DNA of 45,119 nucleotides from Raja brachyura (Eukaryota): NCBI GenBank assembly GCA_963514005.1, contig OY740804.1, positions 2,188,882 to 2,234,000 of the forward strand, read 5' to 3'. Shown piece by piece: positions 22,733 to 33,323 of this stretch (position 1 is its first letter; each line of letters starts with the position of its first letter). The notes under the pieces were generated by a model. It saw only the letters and a program-made list of their open reading frames with translations, ran no database searches and was not told where the DNA came from. The position numbers and the translations under genes were made by a program.

Positions 22733-22970
22733 GGGGTACACAAAATGCTGGAGAAACTTAGCGGGTGCAGCAGCATCTATGGAGCGAAGGAGATAGGCAA
22801 CGTTTCGGGCCGAAACCCTTCTTCAGACTGATCCCACCCCCATGAAGAAGGGTTTCGGCCCGAAACGTTGCCTATCTCCTTCGCTCCATAGATGCTGCTG
22901 CACCCGCTGAGTTTCTCCAGCATTTTGTGTACTCTCGATTTTCCAGCATCTGCAGTTCCTTCTTAAACAC
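22733..22970. mobile_element. Penelope-like inverted terminal pair
   Basis: ~90-bp inverted arms around a short spacer; partial TSD ATAGGTTA. Confidence 0.7.
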
Positions 22971-24188
22971 ATAGGTTATTGAATGGGTATGGACCAAACA
23001 TGGACAGATGGGACGAGTGTAGCTGGGACATGTTGGCCAGTGTGGGCAAGTTGGGCCGAAGGGCCTGTTTCCACGCTGTATCACCCTGTGACTATTACAC
23101 TATGACATTAAATAAATAATGTTTATAAAATGAAACTCCACATAAATCTCATCTTCTCCTCTGGTTGTATACACAACACTCATTGACTGCAGCAGATAAA
23201 ATGAATGTCACACTGGTGGTACCAGGGCACCTCTGGAAAATGTTCTTCTCAAGATATGATTGAGAAGACTATGTAACATGGAACAGTACAGCACAGGATC
23301 AGGCCCTTCGGCCCACAATGTCCGTGCTGCACATGATGCCAAATTAAGCTAATCTCCTCTGCCTGCACGTGATCCATAATCTCTGTTCCCAGCATATCCA
23401 TGAGATGTTTTAGATAAAGCCTCTATTGTAACTATTGTATCTGCCACCACCACCCACAGCAGCGGGTTCCAGGCACCCTCCACCCTCTGTACCTCGCAGC
23501 TGAGGCCACATTTAGATCCCAATGTTTAAGAAACAGTGAGTTAGGTACATGGATAGGACAGGTTTGGAGGGATATGTACCAAACTGGATGTTCTCGAGAG
23601 AGAGTTAGATTTAGCTCTTAGTGCTAATGCAATCGAGGGATATGGGGAGAAAGCAGGAACGGGGCACTGATTTAGGATGATCAGCCATGATCATTATTGA
23701 ATGGCTGTGCTGGCTCGAAGGGCCGAATGGCCTACTCCTGCACCAATTTTCATTGTTTCTATGTTTCTACACATTCCCAATGAGGGTCGAAACTGGACTC
23801 TAATCAGCAGCCCCAACAGTGCAAGAGGCCAATGTAAGGGAGGCTCAGTGATGCAGTGGTAGAGCGGCTGCCTTACAGCCCTAGAGACCCGGGTTCAATC
23901 CTGACTGCGGGTACTGTCTGTACGGTGGTTGTACGTTTTCAATATGACCGTGTGGGTTTCCTCCGGGTGCTGCAGTTTCCTGTCAGGTTTGTAGGTTAAT
24001 TGGCTTCAGTAAATTGTCCCTTGCGTCTAGGTTAGAACTTGTGTAAGGGCGATCACTCTAAACAAATCTAAACTAAACTCGTCAACTCAAGTCGACTCAA
24101 CTCAACTCAGCTAAAGGCAACTCCATGACACTTAATTTTGCTGCTCAGACCTGTTAAAATATTCTGGATTGGAACAAGTAGGGGCAGT

Positions 24189-24362
24189 TCAGTTTGACTT
24201 GGGATGCAAATAATAATGGTTCCGACTATTAATGTTGAGGAGGGATTTCAATGCGCTGATCAAAGGATAAACACCCTCTTTCCATCTTGTTCCACTAAAG
24301 TCATCAACATCTAGAGACCACAACATGGCTCCTCCACAGTTGTTGGTCATCAGCCACTGAGC
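24189..24362 (-). pseudogene. Isolated GH18 chitinase-like exon (paralogue of 40265-40403)
   Basis: Acceptor TTCCTTTTCCTCAG| then AQWLMTNNCGGAMLWSLDVDDFSGTRWKEGVYPLISALKSLLNI...stop. The conserved Cys is replaced by Trp. Confidence 0.8.
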
Positions 24363-24785
24363 CTGAGGAAAAGGAAGGAAAACCATGACTGGAAAGTGTC
24401 TTTTGTTGATGAGCCTTTTAGGCAATAAAACACACGGATATAATATGTAAAAAGCAAAATAATTCAATAAATGAGAGAGCACAATACTAGTGTGTAAAGC
24501 CAACATCCTTAGTGCAACCAAAGGCAGTCCATAGACATTCATCGTTGACCTCAGTGTCGTGTCGTGTTCTAGTTGTTGGGAAGGAATTATGGATCCAATC
24601 ACTGCCTCCCACGGGGCATTGGCTGGAGCCAGCCGCGACCAATCCCACCGCACCGCCGGCTCAGATTGAGTATAAACTGTGAAACCAGCGCAGGTGCCAG
24701 GGCTGTGGTGGTGACGTGGCATGGCTGGGACATCCAGTCCGAATGTTGGCCAGAGCGAGACATGGTGGAGACACAAGCAGGATGT

Positions 24786-25026
24786 GTGGGGCGCCTGGTT
24801 GGCCGCAGGCAGCTGTGATGGCGTTGTTCTTGTTAAACGTTAACGGCTGATGCAAGGACACGTTTGGCAGAGGGTGGGGAGGTCAATGATGGTATGGATA
24901 AACGGGGAGAAGGTATAAAAGGGGCGAGCGATGGCAGGAGATGGAAATAAGACCGGCCTCGTCAGCCTGTGTGGAGACTCCGGAGCTGGTAACCACCCCT
25001 GTGGATCCTTCAAGTGTCTGTGAGTG
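24786..25026 (+). promoter_or_regulatory. Putative promoter and non-coding exon 1 of Ig copy 3
   Basis: GTTAAACGTTAAC (24832), TATAAAA (24914), donors GTAACC (24989) and GTGAGT (25020). Acceptor at 25535, 4 nt before the ATG. Confidence 0.6.
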
Positions 25027-25539
25027 ATGGGGGTGGGATTGTCTCTGTTCACTGTTCCCCCAGTTCAGAAGCCTGATAGCAGAGGGGAAGAAGCTGTTCC
25101 TGAGTCTGGTGGTGCGTGCTTTCAAGCTTCTGTACCTTCTGCTAGACAGGACCAGGGTGAAGGAGGAATGACCGGGGTGGGACAAGTCTTAGATTTTTTT
25201 GGTTGTAGATGGAGTGACTGGTGGGGAGTGTGGTCCGTGTGATGGACTGGGCTCCATCCACAACTCTCTGCAATTTCTTGTGGTCTTGGGCTTAGAGCTG
25301 TTCCCAAACCAAGCTGTGATGCAACCCGACAGTCTGCTTTCCGTGGTGCATCTGTAGAAGTTTGTAAGAGACATTGGAGACTTGCCGTATTTCCTTGGTC
25401 TCCAAGGAGGTAGATGCATTGGTGTGTCTCCTTGGCTGCCACTTCACATTGCCCAGTGTGGTGGCAGCAACTTCAGAGAATATCATCATGAATCCTACTG
25501 AGTTGCAATAAGGTGACCCATTGTTTTACCCACAGGAAC

Positions 25540-26040
25540 ATGGGACTGCAGAGATGGATAGGATTCATGGTCCTTGTGGAGATGGTGTGGCAAGTCTCCG
25601 GAACTGGAACAGGTCCGATCTCCAGAGAATGGGGAGAGGAAGCAAAGTTGCCCGGGTGGAACGCACGGGCTCCTCGGCAAGTTAACAAACAAAAAACTCC
25701 AGAATGCAGTGTTAAGCCAGATTTGACCAAGATGACGAAGATGACGGCACGCAAGGGTAGTTCTGTTGCGCTACCCTGTGAAATAACCAGAGAGAAGGAT
25801 GGACCCCAGCATTTTGAGGTCACCTGGAGGAAAGGGAAGGTGACACTGGGCGTGTTTACTAAAGGGAAAGGTCCAATCTATCCAGGGGGACCCGACCGCT
25901 GGAGGTTCATGGATCCAAACGTGGTTGATGCCTCGTTGATCGTCACGGGTGTACGCGAGACTGATGCTGGGATGTATTCCTGTACTTGGTCCACTAGCCA
26001 AGGGGAATGTAGACTAAATGTCAAGCTGGCAGTGAAGTGA
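25540..26040 (+). CDS. Intact secreted single Ig V-type domain precursor, copy 3 (166 aa)
   Basis: Hydrophobic signal MGLQRWIGFMVLVEMVWQVSG and pro-segment ending RAPR|Q. Ig motifs G.SV.LPC, VTW, DASL.V.GV...DAGMYSC. Extra Cys before strand A and in strand G. Stop directly after the domain. Confidence 0.85.
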   Translation: MGLQRWIGFMVLVEMVWQVSGTGTGPISREWGEEAKLPGWNARAPRQVNKQKTPECSVKPDLTKMTKMTARKGSSVALPCEITREKDGPQHFEVTWRKGKVTLGVFTKGKGPIYPGGPDRWRFMDPNVVDASLIVTGVRETDAGMYSCTWSTSQGECRLNVKLAVK

Positions 26041-27429
26041 AACCTCCCACTGATTCAGCACAGACCCCTCCAAGTGTCAGGAGCAACAGGCAGTGGCAGG
26101 TCAGCACAAACACAATAACATCCTTCATTATAAACTTGACACACTTAGGCCAACAACAGCATTATATATTGTAGTCACTGAATTCATCATGAGGGGAATA
26201 GAGGGGTGGACACTAAGCATCTTTTACCTGGGGTACGGGAATCAAGAACCAAGGGACATAAATTTAAGGTGAGAGGGGCAAGATTTAATATTAACCTGAG
26301 GGGCAATATTTTCACTCATGGGGTGGTGGGTTTATGGAACTGTCCGGTGGGGCGGGAACTGTAACAATATTTAATACACACTTGCTACAGGGAAAGGTTT
26401 AGGGGGATATGGGGTGAACACAGTGCAATGGGACAGACCCTGCTTGCACCGGTAAATGTACCATTAATGGAAATAAACTCTCTTGAAGACAGCCGGTGGT
26501 GTGAGTGATTCTTTGTGCGCCAGCATTGAAGTTGGGTGTGAACTTTGTGCAACTCTTGCTCACTACGGGCAGCATCGCCGGGTTCTATGAGCTGTGTCCA
26601 TTATTGGTCATGACCACACAGGGACGGAACAACATGTGGAAAATCAGGAGACTGCAGATGTTGCGAACAGGGACAAAAGTAAAGGGGAATGTTTTTCAGG
26701 AACAAAACAGGAACAAAAGTAAAGGCAGATGACACAACAGTAGGCGGGTTTGCAGATAGTGGAGATGGTTGTGAAAAATTGCAGCAGGATCTTGAAATAT
26801 TGGCCAGGTGGGCTGAGGAACGGTTGATGGAATTTAATACAGAGTAATGTGAGGTGCTGTATTTGGGGGTGTCCAACATGTGCAGGACCTACACAGTGAA
26901 TGGCCCGGCTCTGGGGAGTGTTGTAGAGCAGAGGTTTGGAGGGGTATGGACCAAACACAGGCAGGAGAGACTATTGCAGCTGGGACATGTTGACCAGTGT
27001 GGGCAAGTTGGGCTGAAGGGCCTGTTTCCACGCTGTATCACTCTGTGACTACTACACTATGACATTAAATAAATAATGATTATAAAATGAAACTCCACAT
27101 AAATCTCACCTTCTCCTCTGGCTGTATACACAGCACACTCATTGACTGCAGCAGATACAATGAATGTCACACTGGTGGTACCAGGGCACCTCTGGAAAAT
27201 GTTCTTCTCAAGATGTGATTGAGAAGACGGTGTAACATAGAACATGGAACAGTACAGCACAGGAACAGGCCCTTCGGCCCACAATGTCCGTGATGAACAT
27301 GATCACCATGGAAAATTGGTTCTGACTGTCTACCCTATCTGTATCTCATACTTTTATAACTTGTGCAAGAGGCCAATGCAAGGGAGGCACAATGGCGCAG
27401 AGCTAGTGTTGCTGCCTTCCAGCGCTATG

Positions 27430-27735
27430 TGTGGGGCGCCTGGTTGGCCGCTGGCAGCTGGGATGACGTTGTTCTTGTTAAACGTTAACGGCTGATGCAA
27501 GGACACGTTTGGCAGAGGGTGGAGAGGTCACGGCTGACTCTGGCCAATGCTCCGTGGGAGGCAGTGATTGGTTGAAAGTACGTGAGCGCAGGCAATGAGG
27601 GTCAGGAGAAGCCGGGAGTAGGTATAAAAGGGGCGAGCGATGGCAGGAGATGTGAACAAGACCGGCCTCGTCACCCTGTGTGGAGACTCCGGAGCTGGTA
27701 ACCACCCCTGTGGATCCTTCAAGTGTCTGTGAGTG
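27430..27735 (+). promoter_or_regulatory. Putative promoter and exon 1 of Ig copy 4
   Basis: GTTAAACGTTAAC (27477), CCAAT and ATTGG boxes, TATAAAA (27623), conserved donors. Confidence 0.6.
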
Positions 27736-28220
27736 ATGGGAGTGGGATTGTCTCTGTTCACTGTTCCCCCAGTTCAGAAGCCTGATAGCAGAGGGGAAGA
27801 AGCTTTCCTTGAGCCTGGTGTTGCTCGAATGACAGATGTGGGACAAGTGATGGAGTCATACAGCGAGACCTTCGACCCAACTTGCCCGCGCCCACCAACT
27901 TGCCCCATCAAAACTAGACCCACCTGCCTGCTTTTGGCCCTTACCCTTCTAATCCTGCCCTATCAATGTACCTGTCGAACTGTTTTTTAATCATTGTGAT
28001 AGTACCTGCCTCAACTACCTCTTCCGGCAGCTCGTTCCAAACAACCTCCACCCTTTGTGTATAAAAGTCACCCCTCAGTTTCCCATTAAATCTTTCCCCC
28101 CCTCACCTTAAACCGATGTCCTCGGGTTCTCGATTCCCCAACTCTGGGCGGGTTCAGAGAATGTCATCATGAATCCTACTGAGTTGCAATAATGTGACCC
28201 ATTGTTTTACCCACAGGAAC

Positions 28221-28720
28221 ATGGGACTGCAGAGATGGATAGGATTCATGGTCCTTGTGGAGATGGTGTGGCAAGTCTCTGGAATTGCAACAGGTCCGAT
28301 CTCCAGAGAATGGGGAGAGGAGGCAAACTTGCCCGGGTGGAACGCACCTGCTCCTCGGCAAGTCAATGAAGATCCAAATCCACAATGCAGTGTTAACCTC
28401 GCTCCGGACAAGATGAGATGGACGGAGGTGACGGCCAGTAAGGGTGGTTCTGCTCAGCTATCCTGCAAAATGCCCAAAGAAGATGGTGCAGCCGATAAAG
28501 TTGTGGTGCTGTGGACGAAAGGAAAAGACACGATCGCCGTGTTTACTGACAGGAAGGGTGCGCAATATCCAGGGTCAACCGGACGCTGGAAGTTCATGAA
28601 AGCAAACGTGGTTGACACACGGGACGCCTCGTTGGTCCTGGCGAGGCTGGAAAAGGATGATGCTGGGAAATATTCCTGCGCTTGGCTAGTTAATAACGTG
28701 CCTTGTAAACAAAACACCAA
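28221..28720 (+). pseudogene. Ig V-type precursor copy 4, truncated in the last strand
   Basis: Open from the ATG through DAGKYSCAWLVNNVPCKQNTK. Homology then stops a few codons early and the shared 3' flank is missing; the ORF runs on through unrelated repeat sequence to 28892. Confidence 0.8.
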
Positions 28721-29200
28721 AACCCCCCCCCTCTCTGCCCACACTCCCAACCTGTGCAAGTCCTCCTGTAGCGACTCCACCTATTTTTGTATCCCTTCAA
28801 TACCGTTGGCACTCATCTTCCTTAGCAGCCTCACGTGCGGCACTTTATCAAAGGCTTCAGAAGGGGACTTCCGAACCAGGGTCACAGTTTAAGAATAAGG
28901 GGTCGGCCATTTAGGACTGAGATGAGGAATAAAATAACCACCCAGAGAGTTGTGAATCTGTGGAATTCTCTGCCACAGAAGGCAGTGGATGCCAATTCAC
29001 TGGATGGTTTCAAGAGAGAGTTAGATTTAGCTCTTAGGGGTAACGGAATCAAGGGATATGAGCAAAAAGCAGGAACGGGGCACTGATTCTGGATGATCAG
29101 CCATGATCATATTGAATGGCGGTGCTGGCTCGAAGGGCCGAATGGATTACTCCTCTGCCTATTTTCTATGTTTCTGTGACTCGCTGGAGCCACAACGAGG

Positions 29201-32200
29201 ATGTGTGGGGCACGTTGTCAACTGTTGGGACATCTTTGATGACCACAATCTCGTTAGTAATTAACGGCGGCTGACTAGCAACCACACAGAGACAATTCTG
29301 GGCACCACTCTGTGAACAACAATGTTTGCTTGACACCAGTTTGTATTGGGGTAACATAGCTGTAGAGTTACTGCCTCACAGTGCCAGACACACGGGTTCG
29401 ACTCTGACTACGGGTGCTGACTACCCGTGACAACAGCCAGAACCTTTTCACCAGAAGAGAAATACCAATTACTAGAGGATGTCACAGGCAGTTCAAGTAG
29501 ATCACCAGAACAATTTTCCCAGGGTGGGATGTAAAGGACTAGTGGGCAGAGCTTCAAGGTGAGAGGGGCAAAGTTTAAATGAGATGTGTGCGGCAAGTTT
29601 TTTTTACATGGAGAGTGATGGGGGCCTGGAACGCGCTGCCAGGGGCGGTGGTGGAGGCAGATATGATGGTGGTGTTTAAGAGGCTTTTAGATTGGCACAT
29701 TGATATGTAGGGAATGGAGGGATACGGATCACGTGCAGGCAGAGAAGATTAGTTTAACCTGTCTGCAGGTGAATGGTGGAATCTGGGAGAAATTGAAAAC
29801 CATATAGAGAGAATAAAGTTGGATTAGATTAGTGTAGATGGATGGCTGTTGGATAGCATGGACACAAAGGTTCTGTGTCTCTCTGAAAACAAGATTGTGC
29901 AAAAGCTTGAAAGGTAAGTAACTGCATGTGACTGTGACATTCATACTGATGTGATCCTTCCCTCTGGAAGGCGACTCCGGACTGTCAAAGCTCAACAGCT
30001 TTTTTTCCCCATGAGCAGTAGCTCTACTCAGCAACCAGAAATCTGTAGCCTCCTTGTGCTCTGGTATTCTATGTCATTCTTCACATGTTTAAATTGTAAT
30101 GTTTCATTCCTAATTGTTAACTGCATATCGTGTTGTAACTTGCGAGCAAAACACCGAGTCAAATTATTGTATATGTACATACTTGGCTAATTACAGTTAT
30201 TCAATTCAATTCATAGCAACAGAAATTGCTGACTTTAATTGATAAACTGTTTATCAGGATGAGGGGAATTTTGAAGGATGAGGGGGTGGGGACCTCATAG
30301 AAACTTACCGATTAGTTTAAAGACCTGGGCAGAGTGGATGTGGAGAGGATGTTGCCATTATTTACGGAGTCCAGGACCAGAGGGCACAGTCTCAGAATAA
30401 AAGTAAGTACCTTTAGGAAGGAGATGTGACCTGGACAGGTTGAGTGAGTGGGCAGATGCAGTATAATATAGATAAATGTGAGGTTATCCACTTTGGCGGC
30501 AAAAACAAGGGGGCAGATTATTATCTCAATGGGGTTAGGTTAGGTAAGGGGGAGGTGCAGCGAGACATGGGCATCCTTGCACACCGGTCACTGAAAGTTG
30601 GCCTGCAGGTACAGCAGGCAGTGAAGAAAGCTAATGGAATGTTGGCCTTCATAACAAGAGGATTTCAGTACAGGAGTAAAGAGGTTCTTCTGCAGTTGTA
30701 TAGGGCTCTATAGGCCACAGTCTTAGAATAATGGGGAAGCCATTGAGATTGAGGTGAGAAAAAACGTTTTCACCCAGAGAGTTGTGAATTTGTGGGATTC
30801 CCTGCCACAGAGGGCAGTGGAGGCCAAGTCACTGGATTGATTTAAGAGAGAGTTAGATAGAGCTAGTTAGATAGGGGCTAGTGGAATCAAGGGATATGGG
30901 GAGAAGGCAGGCACGGGTTATTGATTGGGGACGATCAGCCATGATCACAATGAAACGTGGTGCTGGCTCGAAGGGCCGAATGGCCTCCTCCTGCACCTAT
31001 TTTCTATGTTTCTATGTTACTATGTTTCTATGAGATGAGGATGAAATTCTTTAGTCAGAGGGCGGTGAATCTGTGGAATTCATTGCCACAGACGGCGTGG
31101 AGGCCAAATCATTGGGTATTTTTAAATTGGAAATTGACTGATTCTTGATTAGTACGGATGCCAGAGGTTTTGGGGAGAAGGCAGGAGAATGGGGTTGAGA
31201 GGGAGAGATAGATCAGCCATGTAGACTTGATGGGGCAAATGGCCTAATTCTGATCCTGGAACTGATGTACATGAACAGACACAAAGTACGCTGTTATATG
31301 CTTAAAATTATGACTTTATTTTATTGTTTTAACAGCAACAATTATCTTTGTGATGAACAATCGATGGTGGAAGTTCCGAGTTGTTTGTCGACCACAGTCT
31401 GCAACGGAAAGATCATCTTAGATTTCTCAAAACCAGGAAGGATGTCTACACATCAGATCAAAAACAATATCTTAAGTACATATTTATATTTAAGTTTCTA
31501 GTTTAGTTTATTATTGTCACGTGTACCGAGGTGCAGTGAAAAGTTTAATGTTTGCATGCTATCCTGTCAGCGGAAAGACTACACATGATTACAGTCGAGC
31601 CGCCCACAGTGTACAGATACAGGATGAAGGGGTTAACGTTCTGTGCGAGGTCAAGTCCAGTAAAGTCCAATCAGAGATAGTCCAAAGAGTGATGGGGCTA
31701 CACAGCAGGGAGACAGGCCGTTCAGTGCATACCTGACCCTCACTCATTTCCCCAACATTCCCATCAGTTCTCCCCAGATTCCAACCCTCACCTACACACA
31801 AGGTGCAATTTACAGAGGGCCTGTCAACCTACAACCCTACGCGACTTTGGAATGTGGGAGGAAACCGGAGCTCCTGGAGAAAAACCCACGCAGTCACAGG
31901 AGAACGTGCAAACTCCGTCACCCAGAGAGTTGTGAATCTGTGGAATTCTCTGCCGCAGAAGGCAGTGGAGGCCAATTCACTGGATGCTTTCAAGAGAGAG
32001 TTGGAAATAGCTATTTGGGCCAGGGGTCCAGTGCTGCCGGAGGGCACCCCTGAAAAAAAACACCAAAATAATGGGGAATTTTAATGAGCAGGTGTGTGGT
32101 CGAGGTAACCTGATTAAAAGAGGGGGAAGGGAAAGACCCTTCACTACTGATGGGTTTTCAATCACTACTGATGGGTCTTCCCTATAGGGGGGTTGGGGGG
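29201..32200. repeat. Right arm of the inverted segmental duplication
   Basis: Reverse complement of 2830-5192, plus an extra CR1 insertion at ~30427-31031 flanked by GAGATG. Confidence 0.9.
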
Positions 32201-32872
32201 TGGAGCACTAAGACCCAGCAGAGTCGTAACTACTGATGGGTCTTTCCTATAGGAGTGTGGGTTTGGGGGGGCACTAGGACCCAGCAGAGTCATCATCAAA
32301 ATTCTAGAGCTCTGATCTTTGGTCATCACCACTGATGGGTCTTCCCTATGAAGGGGAGGAGGGGGGCACTAGGACCCAGCAGAGTCATCACCACTGATGG
32401 GTCTTCCCTATAGAGGGGAGGGGGGGGCACTAGGACCCAGCAGAGTCATCACCCCTGATGGGTCTTCCCTATAGAGGGGAGGGGGGGCGCTACGACCCAG
32501 CAGAGTCATCACCCCTGATGGGTCTTCCCTATAGAGGGGAGGGGGGACACTAGGACCCAGCAGAGTCATCACCCCTGATGGGTCTTCCCTATAGAGGGGA
32601 GGGGGGGCACTAGGACCCAGCAGAGTCATCACTACTGATGGTCTTTCCTATAGGAGTGTGGGTTTGGGGGGGCACTTGGACCCAGCAGAGTCATCACCCC
32701 TGATGGGTCTTCCCTATAGAGGGGAGGGGGGACACTAAGACCCAGCAGAAGCATCACCACTGATGGGTCTTCCCTATAGAGGGGAGGGGGGGGGCACTAG
32801 GACCCAGCAGAGTCAACACTACTGATCGGTATTCCCTATAGGGGAGTGGGAGGGGGGGGGGGGGGGCACTAG
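32143..32872. repeat. G-rich ~60-bp minisatellite, about 11 units
   Basis: Unit GGACCCAGCAGAGTCATCACCCCTGATGGGTCTTCCCTATAGAGGGGAGGGGGGGCACTA. Inverted units occur at ~390-490, 2277-2305 and 2820-2890. Confidence 0.9.
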
Positions 32873-33323
32873 ATGGCCGTGTAGGCAGTGGGTGTTGTTT
32901 CTGCTCCTGGTGGTGGCCATCTCCGCCTCATGAGGGTGAGCGTATGTCGATGTAGCAACGTTACGAAATTTTGAGATTTAAAAAAATCAAGTCTGCAATT
33001 TATCCCATCAGATAAAGCATAAAAATAAGTTTAATTTGACACCTAATTCACTTTCATATCTTCAGTATTAGAAAAGTTATGGCCATTTTCATACTCTGAA
33101 ATTAGCATCTTGTTCCCTATTGCTTTTCCATCAACTTAACACAAAAACTGTGATTTTACTTCGGAGTCACGTGAGTGACTACGTGAAGACCCCGCCAGCA
33201 CGCATGCGCGACATATCGTCGTGCGCATGCGGAAGCGACGGTCGGGAGGAGCGGGGCTCCTCCAGCGTGAGCTTTAAAAAGCTCACGCCAGGTAAGTCTC
33301 ACCGAAGGAGTGAGTCGACCATC

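Noticed and set aside
23840-23915. tRNA gene
   Set aside because: The tRNA-like head runs directly into the V-SINE core.
26030-26050. Splice donor at the end of the Ig domain (GTGAA)
   Set aside because: Weak consensus and phase 2, whereas Ig exons normally end in phase 1. An in-frame TGA is conserved in three copies, and no downstream TM exon was seen. Not fully excluded without RNA data.
25540-26100. Ig domains as rearranging Ig/IgNAR/TCR V segments
   Set aside because: No heptamer-spacer-nonamer follows the YxC, strand G and a stop are already encoded, and there is no leader intron. The CACAGTG at ~6035 lacks a matching nonamer.
28720-28892. Hydrophobic tail of copy 4 as a transmembrane anchor
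   Set aside because: It is read-through into unrelated repeat-derived sequence after a truncation, and is absent from the other copies.
32143-32872. CRISPR-like array
   Set aside because: Units are contiguous with no unique spacers, and the context is eukaryotic with no cas genes.
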